This document shows, piece by piece, positions 1-13,130 of a stretch of DNA of 64,000 nucleotides. The notes under the pieces were generated by a model that was not told the origin of the DNA, did no database searches, and saw nothing but the letters and a program-made list of their open reading frames with translations. Made by a program: the position numbers and the translations under genes. This DNA comes from Pseudogymnoascus verrucosus (taxonomy: Eukaryota), in the NCBI GenBank assembly GCA_001662655.1, contig KV460240.1. One strand, written 5' to 3'. Numbering within the stretch: the first letter of the stretch is position 1; the number at the start of each line of letters is the position of its first letter.

Positions 1-111
1 TCATGGGTTCCACAGACTATTGTATGGGGGAGGGATTTTAGTGGGCGGAGGGCGGTATCTTCGCCACGGGTATATCTAGCGACATAACCCATTCCTTTCA
101 TCAAAAACGGA

Positions 112-200
112 TCCGAACTGGTGTATCGGTAACATATCCGCCTCTCATGATCATTGATCAGAACCCGCGGTTGCGCGGGGTTCGACTCCCCGGTTCGGAA
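112..200 (+). tRNA. tRNA-Glu(CTC) with ~18-nt intron (148-165)
   Basis: Acceptor stem TCCGAAC (112-118)/GTTCGGA (193-199); D arm GTGT-ATCGGTA-ACAT; anticodon stem TCCGC/GCGGT (one terminal mismatch) with CTC at 144-146; intron at the canonical position after base 37; T arm CGGGG-TTCGACT-CCCCG; T-tract (Pol III terminator) at ~240-247. Confidence 0.93.
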
Positions 201-763
201 ATCTTCAGAACCATCTACTCTCAAGTAGATAAGCGTCATATTTTTTTGCCTTTTTTTTAAAATATTTTTCTATAATACTTCTTTCTAAATTAACATTTTT
301 CTTTTAAGACTGACTCTTCATTTGAATTCACTATGCACTTAGAGCACGAGGGACACAAGAGCTCTTTTTTTGGGTGGGGGGCGGGTTGTGTGACCCCGCC
401 AATGCTGGTGGTCCCCGAGAAAAAAAATATAAATTCCGATGCCGAGCAAGGCTGATATCACGTGCACAAGGCGCTTACTCAAACAGCCTTCAGCCTTCAT
501 GTGTTGTTGACGGGAGCGGGAGGTACAGGTACTCAGCCTGCCACCCAGCGACCAGTATTATCATCAGCCTTCCCAGCCTTCCTAGCCTTCCCCCAAATAT
601 CCTAAATATAGTACTACAGTCCTGCACCAAGGACAGAAGATTACTCTCCAACTCTCTCCAACTGCATGGTAATCACTATAATCGTGGTAATCATTACCAA
701 TCCCGCTCACTCTCACTGGCGCGTCTACTGCTCCTGCAGTTATTTAGGTGAAATAGTCAAATA

Positions 764-790
764 AAGTAAGAAATAGTAAGAAATAGTAAG
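764..790. repeat. Short tandem repeat, ~10-bp unit AGTAAGAAAT (~2.6 copies)
   Basis: aagtaagaaatagtaagaaatagtaag read directly. Confidence 0.7.
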
Positions 791-1731
791 ATTATTGCCA
801 GCGAATCCTTGATCCTTCCATTCCTTCCGTCGAAGCTATTTTACCAGACAGAGTATAGGTATAGTAGTATAACAGAGTGTTACCACTACTACGTAGTCCA
901 CTGCGGCTAGCCTCACATCAGCTTACGACTGCTTTCGGCGCAGACCTCAATTGTTCCGGTGGCTCCGCTCACGTTGCATCAACAGTGGCTTGGCTTTATT
1001 TGTGTGTGTGCCGCCGTCCTCCGTACTCCATTTATGCGATAAAATACTGCATAGACTTGTTTACTACAACACCAACACCAATATACATACAATTTTACTA
1101 AATTCCTCCTCTAAAAATCATTTTATCGTGCAAACTCTACCCAACTTCACCGTTTATTCCTTAACAACCTCCCCCCACTAACTGCCGCAAATACTACTCT
1201 ACTAACATCCACTGTAACGGCGGGCCAAGACGCCGTTGTGGATGTTGTGGGTGTGTCTGCTGGGCGTCTGGTGGGTATCATAGTAGCATGTACTCCCTGT
1301 ACTCCCCAGGGAAGGCTGTGTCGGCTGGGCGGCTTGTTGATAACCAACCAAACCTCAAACCTGAGACTTGGGTCTCCCCAAAACCAAAGTCAACCCTCTT
1401 ACCACTCACTATTATGCTGTGCTGTTCCCTCGTTCCTCTCTCTAGCACATCCTTACTCTGTTAATATATTCTCCCATCGTTTTTATACAGCATTTATTAT
1501 TCCTTTGTCGCTCGTTAAATCAAAGGCCTTCGAAAGCCTGAAACATAACAAGACCCCTAGAGCGCCAGACCAACCACACCTTGCTGGAGATAAAAAACGA
1601 TACAACAAACGCTCGCTGCATGACCGGTATATAAGTGCTATTTAATCGCCCTGGGGTTGGGCTATTCGTCCGTTGCTCGCCGAAGTAGGACGTGAGGTCT
1701 CAGGTGTATATAGCGTCATATTCTTTGCGTT

Positions 1732-4301
1732 ATGAGGTTCTTAAGATGCGTTGCGGCGGCCCTCATCAGCGCCAGCTTCTCCCATATCGCCCAAGGTATG
1801 TTTCCCCAGCCGTCATATTCGCCGGGCAGCTCCTGACAGAAATGATCCAGCACATTCGGTCAAACGAGCTCCTCTCTCATATCTTTCGATTGTCGATGAA
1901 CCGGTAATACACACGCCGTCGCATCGTGTACATGCGCAATCATCTTTCGATCTTACATTCCATCTGCATGACCGGCAGCAGTATATCAAGCTGACGCTGG
2001 ACCCCAACGACGATGTCATAGCCGAGGGGGCAACGGTGAACTATATCGGGGCTGATGGGCAGGTGCGAGAGGTGGAACTGATAGAGCGGTCGGATCATAG
2101 GGTTTTCAAGGGCCATGCGTGGGTTCGCACTCATGAGGATACACAATGGACACATGCGGGTTGGGCGAGAGTGGTGATACATCGGGACGGTGCGGATCCG
2201 CTTTTCGAGGGAGCATTCAGGGTTGATGGGAACCATCATCATATTCACCCGAGGAACTCATACGTCGCGACGAAGCATGAGTTGGACCCGTATGTGGAGG
2301 ATGATAGGGAGGATATTATGATTGTCTGGAGGGATTCCGATATCACGCCTGATGAACCTAACAGGGAAGAGCTCAAGAGGGATGTGAACACAGGGTCGTG
2401 CTTGTCGGATGATCTGACATTCAACTTGATGCCCGAGCATCCAGTGTATTCTCAAGGATATTCCCAGTCTCCTGTCATGAGGAGGGGCGAATCCTACTGG
2501 GGATCCATCTCGTCAGGATCGATATTCGGCAGAGACATCGACCCCACCGGAAACCTACCCGGAAACGGAGCGGCTGTCAACCTCCTGAACAGCATTGGAA
2601 ACCCGGCCGGCTGTCCCACCTCCCGCAAGGTCGCCCTGGTTGGAATCGCAACGGATTGTACATATACCAAATTCTTCAACTCGTCGTCATCAGTACGGGC
2701 CAACATCATCACGCAGATGAACTCGGCATCAGTGCTGTACGAGGAGAGCTTTAACATCTCTCTCGGGATCCAGAACCTCACCATCACCGACGGTACATGC
2801 CCAGGAGTCTCACAGGTCAACACACCCTGGAACCGGGACTGCAACTCTGGTCTCCAAATCCAAGACCGCCTCAACCTCTTCTCAGCCTGGCGAGGCGCAA
2901 GCCCAGACACCAATGCCTACTGGAGTAAGTCCACCCCTCTTACTTGATAATTCCCTCCTAACCTCCCTAGCCCTCCTCACAACCTGCGGCACCGGCTCCG
3001 CCGTCGGCCTCTCCTGGCTCGGCCAAGCCTGCGTCAACACCGCTCAACCCTCCACCCAAGGCGGCTCCAACGACACCGTGTCCGGCGCCAACGTCGTCGT
3101 CAAGACCGACACCGAATGGCTCGTCATCGCCCACGAAGTCGGCCACACCTTCGGCGCCGTCCACGACTGCGACTCCACCACCTGCGCCGACGGCAAAACC
3201 GTCGCAGCGCAGCAATGCTGTCCCCTCTCCAAAGACACCTGCCCAGCCGGCGGGAAATACGTCATGAACCCCTCCACTGGCGTGGGCATCACCAACTTCT
3301 CCCCCTGCAGCATCGGAAACATCTGCAGCGCCATCGGCGGACAGTCCGTCAAGACGAACTGTCTGACAAGCAACCGCAATGTCCCTACCATTACTGGTTC
3401 GCAGTGCGGCAACGGCATCGTCGAGATGGGCGAGGACTGCGATTGTGGCGGCGCGACAGGGTGCGGCGATAACCCCTGCTGCAACCCCACGACCTGCAAA
3501 TTCAAGACCGAGAACAACGCCGTCTGCGACCCCTCGAACGAGGACTGCTGTCTCTCCACCTGCCAATTCGCCACCAACGGCACGGTATGTCGCGCCTCGA
3601 CTGGGGACTGTGATCCCCAAGAAACCTGTTCCGGCACCGCAGCCACGTGTCCAGCAGATGCACACGCGGATGAAGGCTCCAGCTGCGGTGCTAGCGGCGA
3701 CGGATTGACCTGCGCGAGTGGACAGTGCACGTCGAGGGATAAGCAGTGTAAGACCCTCATGGGACCGCAGTACTACAAGTGCAGCGACGATGGGTGCCAG
3801 CTCTTCTGCGCCACCGACGCCTCGCAGTACTACTGCGAGGGGCTGACCCAGAATTTCCTCGACGGGACGAAGTGCGGTGGAGGGGGGAAATGCAGTAACG
3901 GCGTGTGCAAAGGCTCCACAGTCGGCGGGCGGATTAAGGAGTGGGTGGACCAGCATAAACCCCTCGTTATCGGCATCAGCGCCGGCGTCGGCGGGTTGCT
4001 ACTGCTGGCGATTCTTAGCTGTATAGTCAGCTCCTGTAAGCGCAGGAGTAGACAGCGGAAGTACGTCGCTAATACTGTCCCGCCGAGAGGCCAAGGGTGG
4101 GTGCCTCAGGGGCAGGGGAGGGGGTATGCAGCTGTTCCGCCGCCGCCGATGCAGCAGAGGGGCATGGGGGGGATGGGGATGCCGATGGGACAGATGGGGC
4201 AGCCGCCGCAGTATGAGTATGGCGCGGGCGGACAGCAGTATGATGGGCAGTGGAATGTGCCGCAGCGGGCGTATGGAGGCCCGCCGGTTAGGTATGCGTA
4301 A
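1732..4301 (+). CDS. ADAM-family zinc metalloprotease/disintegrin (fungal ADM-B-like), type I membrane protein; exons 1732-1795, 1851-2924, 2971-4301
   Basis: Signal peptide MRFLRCVAAALISASFSHIAQA; GT-AG introns 1796-1850 and 2925-2970 join the ORFs in frame; reprolysin motif HEVGHTFGAVHD and Met-turn YVMNP; disintegrin start CGNGIVEMGEDCDCG; Cys-rich region; TM segment LVIGISAGVGGLLLLAILSCIV; Pro/Gly/Gln-rich tail. Confidence 0.95.
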
Positions 4302-4716
4302 TATCTGGCGAGTTTGTTTGGGTGCCTTGGTCTTGTTTTAGGGGTCTTGTCGTCTTATTGTTTTGGCGAAAATAGCATTAGGGGGGATGGAAGGTTGGGA
4401 TTGGGGTTGGGATATATATTTTTAAGGGCTTGCATGGGGTGTGGGTGTTGTGATACATATTGGAGGGGAGATAGAGAGATGTCCACGGCCTTTTGTATAG
4501 GATGGATGAGCTGTGATGAATACCCACGAAACGAATTACCCAATTTTGTCATTATCGTCATGCCGTGATTGTCGTGTAGAGCCCCTGAACTCCGTGTCTG
4601 TCCTTTTACCGCTGCCCCAAACCAAGATCCCCAACTCCAAGCTCCCACCTGAAAACCCATACCTAAACTCCCAACCCCAACCCGAACTCAAATCCATGCC
4701 CAAGCACGAAAGCCAC

Positions 4717-5524
4717 TCACTCCTTAACCCCCCTCCCCGACCGCTTCGCCTTCGCCTTCTTCGTCTTCCGGGGTGTATCCTCGTATCCACAGAGGAGTTT
4801 CGTGAAATGCAACCTCGTCGACGGGATCGTCTATCACTTTATCAGTTCATGTCCATCTCTCTTTCCCTTTTTACCCTTCCCCGAGAGTCAGGCCGGGGAG
4901 AAGGGGGAGGGGAATGAGAAAAAGGTGCGGGAAGGTAAAGTCAGGGGTAGAAAAAAAGGGGGGAACGAACATCCTGCCTAGCCTGCGCATGCATCATCAA
5001 CAGCTCCGGACAATCCAGTATCGTAGCCGCCCACCTCCTCCTCTCAACCGCCTCATAACTGTCGTCTGTATAACTCACTTTCCTGTTTTCAGTCAGCTTT
5101 TTACCCATCCTCCCTTTACCCCACTCCCCTCCTCCTCTACCTCCCCACCCTCACCCTCCCCCACGCACCCCGCCGCCAATGCAAAAAACACAAGGGGAAA
5201 AACATACTCCTCCCTAACCCCATCCCCCTCCCCCTCCCCCCCCGTCCCCCCCTCCTCCCCACACCACACAGCTTCCCCAGTCTTGGGACTTTTATTCCTC
5301 GCCTGCCTATCCCTCTGTACAGCTTTCAAACTCGACGTAGCCCCCGACGTCGCAGCTGGTGTCGCGACAGCAGGTGTCTGTGTGGAAGCCGAACTCGTAG
5401 TAGTCGTATTGTTGGTGGTGGGAGTAGAATGCGGTTCCGTAGCCCCGAACGCGAGATGGGGTGTTGGGATGCTTGTTGGTGTTTGGGTGGGGGGGCTTGA
5501 GGGGGGAGGGGGGGAGGAGGACAT
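4717..5524 (-). CDS. Small hypothetical protein (3 exons) with low-complexity N-terminus
   Basis: ORF 5524-5093 reaches a GTATGT donor after ...GVREE; splicing gives an open frame KVSYTDDSYEAVERRRWAATILDCPELLMMHAQARQD|TIPSTRLHFTKLLCGYEDTPRKTKKAKAKRSGRGVKE-stop (TGA 4717-4719); both introns have CTGAY branch sites and YAG acceptors. Start codon uncertain. Confidence 0.65.
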
Positions 5525-6603
5525 CGTTCCTGGGAGGGGGGTGTTAGCTGGGGTTGTATGGAAGAAGGGGGAGGGGGAGGGGGAGGGGGGTGAGAGGGGT
5601 ACCTTGGGTGAGTTATCGTCGTCGTGAAGGGTTTGACAGAGCGAATAGCTGTAGTTGTGGTGACATATATATCGATGTTGCTGCTCACCAGCTCCAGCTC
5701 CAGCATGAGCTGTAGCTATGGTCGTCGTCGGTACCCCACAAACCCGCCTGGTGGTGCGATAAGCGACGATCTGCGGGCGGATAAGATTTAGATAAGATTA
5801 GCGAGGGAGGGTAGGGTGGTGAAGCTTAAAGTTGTCCGTCCGTGTAGTGCATGGAGTCTTGATGGATGGAAAACAGACATATGTTTTTATTCAAAGAGTT
5901 TAAAGCCCCGAAAGGTTTTACTAGAAATATATACGATGTCTCTTCTAGGCATACTTATAAAGGGCTCATAAAAATTTCTTTCTCCTATGAATATATGTCC
6001 AGCAAAGAATCACAATTAAAAAACCCCCAACTCTTGACAAAATTATTATGTATGTAACTTCTATTCTCATAGAAAATCCCTATATGTATATCGCAACTCA
6101 AACACGCCTTCCCCGCCCAAAACAAACACAAGACTACACCCCAGAATCCCAAAACTCATTCCAATTCTACCCATACATGTGTGCGTACAACCCTTGCCCC
6201 ATCCGCCATCCCCGAACGATTCATCGTACAAAAAGGGTATTTCGAATAATCGCTCACCGCCACCCAACCCCCACCGCCGCCGTCCCCAGCGCCTATTCAA
6301 TAGAAATACATTGGCCGCGGCAAAATCCCCCAACCCCCTTTTTTCGAATCTGTTGTGTATTCATTCCCTCTGTACTCCGTTATGTATTGCATCTGATAAT
6401 GACCCAATCCCGATGCCCCTCGCCCTCCCCCTCGAACCCATGGTGATGCGTACTGAACAGTAAGGATAAAATTGCCGACAGGCGTACAGGGATAGATATG
6501 ACCATCCCCCAATGGAACCAATATGCTGAGCCGTAAAGAGGTCTAACTCCAAGAAAACTAGGCGTTACCGGATATATTAAGTGACTGTAACCTCCCTCAA
6601 AGG

Positions 6604-8784
6604 TCAATTAACAGCCACATCCGTAACTACAGGTATAAATTTGATCACAGCAAGCTATTCGAGCATGTTAGTTCTGAACCATAGAACCGAAGGCCCAATC
6701 GCGACGCCAGGATAACTTACCATGCTATTAACCCCATACGCCAATCTCTTCCCATCCGCGTCCCAGCACAAGCAATGATGGTACTCCTCCAACGCCGCCC
6801 CATTCATCTTCGGGCTCTGCCAACCCGGCTCCTGGCCTCTAACCCAGCGCGCCCTCGGGAAACTAGGATCCGCCATATTCCAGATCAGAATATGAGAGTT
6901 CGTCGTCGCCGCCAGGAAAGCGCCGTCAGGTGTGAATGCCAGCGCGAGGACTGCAGCGTCCATAGTCATCGTCTCGACTGGCTTATTGAAGTCTGAGCGG
7001 GAGTTCCAGATGTTGATGGAGCCGTCTTCGCTGGAGCTGGCGAGGAGACGCTCGGATTGGTCGTCCGACGAGCTGGGAATTGGCTGCCACTTCATGGATG
7101 TTATGGCGCCATTGTGAGTTGCCATGCCTACGCGAGTAGCCGTGGAATCAAATATCTAGCAGCGATTAGCTGGGAAGCTTATTATCAGATAGTAACACTT
7201 ACATCAATAATACCATCGTCATTGGCAGCAGCGAGAAGATTGCAGTGTGGGTCATATGCGAGACTTGTCGGCCCTCCTTCCTTCCGAATGTCGTAGGTTT
7301 TGGTGCGGGTTATTTTGCCCTCCTCAGAAAGATTGAAGCTCGCAAGAGACTCCCCATTGCACACAACGAAATCAGACGGGCCAGTCCACACGGCATCCAA
7401 CGGCTGGAAGTTAGGCCCCAAATCAAAAGTCGCTGATTCATGCTTCGGTATAGTAAAGACAGTAGCCCAGCTGCTCGCGCCCTTGCCATCGGTGGAAGTC
7501 AATGCCAGCACGGTCCGGTCTGATGCGCCCCATCGGAGACAGATGACCGGAGGGTAGCCGAGTGAATTGAACTGGTCAATCCGCGAACCACCTTTACTCC
7601 AGATGCTGATCTTGCCAGTCCCATCACAATCGCTAGCAACCGCCAGTGTCTCGCCATCCGATGCCCATGAAATCGAGCTGATCGCTGCCCCATGCTCATT
7701 CTCGTCGACAAGGTCCTCAAAAGCGGGAGGCGGCACGTGACCGTCAATTTGTGGGGAAGGCGTACGCGAGGGGACCGTCCATAAGCGGGCTAGCGTATCC
7801 ATACCCGCTGTGGCCAGACGTTTGGGATCTCGTGGGTTCCACTCGCAGTGCAGGAGAATCGGGTGGTTTGTCGTCGACGTCTGCGCCAGCGTGAGATACG
7901 TCGTTTCGGCGCTGAGTTCGGCGACCTTTTCTATCTGCGTGCCCTTCTCGGGCCCGCTGGTGACTGGCGCCGGCGTCGGTACCCGCTCCACCTCGACTTC
8001 TCGGGGTGAGGGATACGCGTGACCATTGCTGATCGCGGCTGGAGGAGCCGCCGACTCGTCGAGATCCATAGGCGTAGTAGTAGAGTCAATGCCATTTTCG
8101 TAGCCATTGCTGAGTTTAGTACGCTTTGCCGGTGATTCTTGCCTTGCCTGTTGAGACCTCTCCTCCGTAGAGCGCTTGCGCGCGTTTGCGATCTCGTCAC
8201 TGGACGCCAGTGGCGGTGACAACGGGGCGACAGGGCCGAAGAATCCTGTCGCAGGCGGAGCAGCGACGGCGCCACGACGCGACTATCAAGAGTCAAAATG
8301 CTGCCCGACTTGCCACTCCATCATAAGCATTAATTGGGGACTGCGACATACCTGGGCGGATAGGCGCTCTGCTTCGTGATACAGAAGGCCGCGCTGCAAA
8401 ACAGCCACTAGCGCATGGTTGTTGACATGGGGCGCAAAGTCAAGAGACTGCGGATCGCTCACGTCCCACTCCGACTGTAACTTGACAGCAGTCTCGCGAT
8501 AGTCTACAACAGATTGTTAATACAGAAAACGTGATGCAGACACCGGACCTGGAGATCACGGGGGTAGAGGGGGATCTGGTTAGGTGGACATACTTGACTC
8601 TTGCAGATACCTTTTCGGACAGTGTTAGCGACTGACTTGGCTGTGTGTGTATGTGTGTACCTGCAAAAAACCAGGGCGGCTGGAAGGATGATGGGGGGTG
8701 GATGGGGGTTGAGAGGGGTTAAGCATGTACATACCTCCAGACGAGATAGTTGATCCTGTCAGAGTTGAGCTCCTCTTTGGTCAT
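6604..8784 (-). CDS. SIF2: LisH + WD40 repeat protein, SIF2/TBL1 family (Set3 histone deacetylase complex subunit); 6 exons
   Basis: Spliced N-terminus MTKEELNSDRINYLVWR|YLQES|NYRETAVKLQSEW is a LisH motif typical of Sif2/TBL1; WD repeats (LHCEWNPRDPKRLATAGMDTLARLW, HNGAITSMKWQP...LLASSSEDGSINIWN, LAFTPDGAFLAA); last exon LAVIKFIPVVTDVAVN-stop. Confidence 0.9.
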
Positions 8785-10084
8785 GGCTTTAGGGGAAGCT
8801 GCCCTTGCATGGGAAGCAAAAGCGCGACGGTTTGGGGGTGATGGGTGATGAGGTTGTTGAAGAGTGGGTTGAGGAGGAGGAGGAGGAGTGAGTGATGGAC
8901 GTAGCGTAGACGATGGTAGTAGGGTAGTAGAGTAGAGGGTAGTAAGGGTAGTTAGTAGTAGTAGGTAGGAGGTAGGAGGTAAGGAAGGTGTCGGGTAGGG
9001 TCGAGACGAATATGTGAAGTAGAAGCGTGGATGTTTGCTGGCTAGTAGAGTAGGCTAGGATAAGGCATGGCCGAAGTAGAGTAGTCGAGTAGTGTCGAGG
9101 AGAGTAGAGCTTGAGTAAAGTGAAGTACCAGTTAGAGCGATTTGCAGTAGTAAATAGTAGTGGAGTTACGTTAGAAGTACAAGCAGCGGGTGTGGGTGTG
9201 TGGTTGTGTGGGTGGTGTGGGTGTGGATGTGGAAGAAGTGGATGATGGGATGGGAGGGAGGGATGGATGGGATGGGCATGGGGAGTGGGAGTGGGAGTGG
9301 CAGTGGCAGTGGGCGTATACTGTAGTATGTATTTTGCAGGGCAGCCATACACACTACAGCCCAGTATAGTACAAAATTCAGTTTGCTGTACTAGTGGGCG
9401 CCAAGGAAGTTTCTGTGTCAGCGGCCGGTACTCTAACCGCAAGGATCGTAAAATTGATGGAGATCAGCGCGAACCCCGAACTGACGCCTATGCCGAAAAC
9501 ACTACTACGGAGTACACCACGCAACAGCCACCACCACTAAGCAAGCCAGGTCTGCGGCCGGGCTAAACAGCCTTGGCTATTCCTGCGCCCTATTAAAAGT
9601 AGACCTTGGCTTGACCTTTTTATCACGTGCCTGTGTTTGACGCACGTCATGATCCTGATCCCTCTCTGCTTTGCGCCGGGAGGAATTACTATGATCCATA
9701 CGTTCCATACTACACGTATGTGAGTATGCGCGTATGCGAGTATGTAAGCGATGAACTACTCTATTACTTATAGCTATAGCACTCTATTCCTACGATAGGT
9801 GTACAGAGATGGGTTACAACAGTCAGTCACTCGAACACGGAGAACTCTGTGCTGTACATACTTGTGCCGTACATACACTACTGTACTCCGTAGTGCGGAG
9901 AACGGTACGTACCCGGTTAGAGTAGTCAGATCAGATCCTCCTGTGTAAGGGAGGGAGAGGCTGCTTCCGTCTTCACATTTTCCCTCGCCTAACACCCCTA
10001 ATCCACCCTAGCGTCGTTTTACCACATCCCGACAGAACAATGCCATACACTACACATCAAGGGCAAAGAGAGAGACATGTGACC

Positions 10085-10137
10085 CAGTGAAACCTGAGGC
10101 ACGCAAGCAACCCGCAGTGAAACCTCAGGCACGCAAG
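10085..10137. repeat. 23-bp direct repeat, 30-bp period, in the divergent SIF2/TMEM115 intergenic region
   Basis: CAGTGAAACCTGAGGCACGCAAG (10085-10107) and CAGTGAAACCTCAGGCACGCAAG (10115-10137), one mismatch. Confidence 0.85.
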
Positions 10138-10384
10138 GGACAATACTCTGAGCCTCGTCCCTGTCTGGACGCTCCCAAGGTGGAGCTTGTCCAGACGTGA
10201 CGGACGGGACGTGGTAAAAGGCTCCAGCCACAGCCTCACCAAGAATAAAGCTAAAGTTCGAGTATAGATCAACAACACCACCACCTCTGTCTTCACGACT
10301 ACACCACGACGACACGACTGCGACGGCCACGGCGACAACGACCACACCCACCACCGCCAGCCACCTCCTCCACCACCGCCCACC

Positions 10385-11477
10385 ATGGCAATCCGCCTCA
10401 ACCTCCCCCCCATCACGCGCGGCCTCCTCCTCCTCCTGCTCTTCCAATCCCTCCTCTCAGCCGCCGTGCACTTCCAGCGCCCAACCGAGGGCCTAGTGAT
10501 CCCATACCTGACGCTCATCCCGTCGATGTCGCTCATCTACCCCTGGACCTTCGTGACCTCCACCTTTGTCGAGACCAACATCTTCTCGCTCGCCATCTCG
10601 GGGCTGACGATCTGGCATGGAGGCCGCTACCTCGAGCGCGCGTGGACGTCGAGGGAGTTTGCAAAGTTTGTTGCGATGGTAGCGTTGGTTCCTAATGTTT
10701 ATACATTCTTCACGCTGGTTGTCATGTACGCCATTACCGGTGACGTGACATGGTCGTACGTCCCCCCATATTCTTTCGCCCTTCATCCCCCCTCCCCCTC
10801 CCCCCTCCCACCAAAATCTTCTCAACCAAGCTAACCCCACCCACAGCCTCACCCCCATCTCCGGCACCACCGCCCTCCAAACCGCCCTCCTAACCGGGCT
10901 CTCCCAACTCCTCCCCACCCACACCATAACCCTCTTCCGCGGGCTCCTCTCCCTCCGCCTCCCCCGCCTCCCCCTCCTGCACCTCCTCCTCGTCACCCTC
11001 CTCGCCCTCCTCCCCATCTACACCATCTCCGCCCCCCTCCTCTCCCTCTCCGGTTTCCTCACCGCCTGGGCACACCTCCGCTTCTTGCGCCTCCCCTTGC
11101 CTGATCTCGATTCGCCGGGGCCGCTGAGGGGTGATGCATCGGATGCGTTTGCGTTGGCGCAGTTTTTCCCTGAGCCCGCGAGACCATCTGTTGAGGCGGC
11201 GGGGGATGTGTTGGCGAAATTGGGGCTGGCGCCGAAGACACCGGTGGTTGTGGCGAATCCTAGTCAGGGAGGTGGAGGAGGAGGGGGAGGAGGTGGGCAG
11301 AGGCAGGGCGGGAGAGCGGAGAATGAGAGGAGGAGAGCACTAGCGCTCAAGGAGCTGGATTTGAGGTTACAGGCTGCGACGGCGGCGAGGGCGGGGAAGG
11401 GGGGGGAGGCGAGCGAGGTTAAGCAGCCGGAGGTGGGGGAGGTTATGAAGGCGCCTGAGGGGGGGGAGCAGGCGTAG
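10385..11477 (+). CDS. DUF1751/TMEM115-type rhomboid-like integral membrane protein; intron 10756-10846
   Basis: LPPITRGLL...LIYPWTFVTSTFVETNIFSL...GGRYLERAWTSREFAKF; after the intron SQLLPTHTITLFRG...AWAHLRF...RGDASDAFALAQFFPEP and the C-terminal AENERRRALALKELDLRL characteristic of the TMEM115 family. Confidence 0.88.
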
Positions 11478-13103
11478 GGGGGTGCTGGAGTGGGTGTGTT
11501 GTTTGTTTAGTTTTTGGGTTTGGGTGGGAGGAAGGGAGTGTACGATGGGATTGGGATTAGGATGAGGATGAGTATGGCGAGTGTATATGAGGGAGGATGA
11601 TGGATGAACAAGGTGATCGATCGCAGACCGCAGTGTCCGCCGCCTCTTCGTGTATGTTTGGGTGCGTTTATATACCCAATTCGTTTATTTTGCCCGGGGT
11701 ATATATTATATATGTAGTGTATTTCATATCTATCCAGCTTCACTTACAACATTATCGCCCTCGTCAGCCCCATTCATTTTCTTCTTCTGTCAACCAACCC
11801 CTTATTCCCCCCATTGGTGTGAGACCGGCCCGGAAAACCTCCACCACCACACAATCCCGAACTTTCATCCCGTGTATCGGCACTGCACTGTACTGCGCTG
11901 CACTCTGCGCTGTGCACTCCCACTCCCACTCACTGGTATGCACACTCACGCCTCTGCATACGCGACGCACCGCGCATGCATATTTATACCCCCCGGCCGC
12001 CGCGCCCCACCGCTCGCTCAGCTGTCATCTGTACTGTCGGCATGTCTATCAGTCAGGTGTCTCTGAGTGTCTCTCAACCCATCCGTCCATACATATCCGT
12101 CAAACTGTGTGGGTAATGAGTTGGGATGTGCTATGTCTATGTCTATCAAACAATGTCTTGATCTGTCCGCCCACCCGCCCGTCCGTCGAGCCGTGTACAC
12201 ACTCAGTCAGTCAGGTCAAGTCAGTCAGGTCAAGTCAGTCAATGAGTGAATGTTACGCCCCTTTCCGCAACGCCACGCCCACAAGCCACAGAGCCTCCAC
12301 CCACGTACGTCCGCAAAGGAGACGCCCCACCCGGTTCCGCGATCTCAGACAGCAGATGTAGGTCCCAATAGGGTAACACAGGTACGGGTTTGTTGGTGTT
12401 AAACACGCCTTGTCCCCGTTCTCAGACAACTGGGAGGGAGGTGCTAGACAGGCAGGACAAGGCAGGACAAGCAATACTGCTGCTGCTTTGCGATCCCGTT
12501 GCCCCCGATGTCAGACAGGGGGATATTTGACAGCGATACATACCTGCCAGATACGGGTGCGTAGGTCCGGACCCGGATGTGATGTATGTAGGTGTAGATG
12601 GGAGGGGGAATCCGGGGATTAAGCGTTTTTTTTGTTGAAGGCTTGCTTGTTGGTGGAGGAGGGCTGTTATTGTTGTCGTTTATGTAGTGTAGTGTACTGT
12701 CACTTACTGTCATTTACTCACTTAATTTGGTAGCTGGACCGTAGCGGCCCGTGAAGTCCTTACACTCACACTCGCACTCACACTCATCATGGCTCGCCGC
12801 CACGCCTTCTCGTCATCTACGTATTGTATATTTGTCCATCCCCATACCCATACCTCCACACACATCACATCACATCACATCCTCATCCCCAATCCCTGCC
12901 CTCGCCACCCCCATTCCCACCACCACCACCACCACCACATCCCCATCCCGCCCCTGCCGCCGGGTGGCGATAGATGAGCGAGGCCCCGGGTTATCTACTG
13001 TACTAGAGTACTATTGGTGTGGCCCGTCCGATCCATTCCCATCCATGCCGCCGATGAGTGTGTGTTGGTGTGGATGTTTCCGATTCTAGAGCACGGTGAC
13101 GCT

Positions 13104-13130
13104 GGTGGTGGTGGTGGTGGTGGTGGTGGT
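13104..13130. repeat. (GGT)9 microsatellite
   Basis: Read directly. Confidence 0.9.

Noticed and set aside
374..1645. Short ORFs and TpA-rich tracts suggesting a RIP-degraded element or pseudogene next to the tRNA
   Set aside because: No transposase or RT motifs, terminal repeats or recognisable protein remnant; cannot be supported.
2967..3956. 329-aa and 238-aa minus-strand ORFs
   Set aside because: Antisense to the GC-rich ADAM protease exon; no recognisable motifs.
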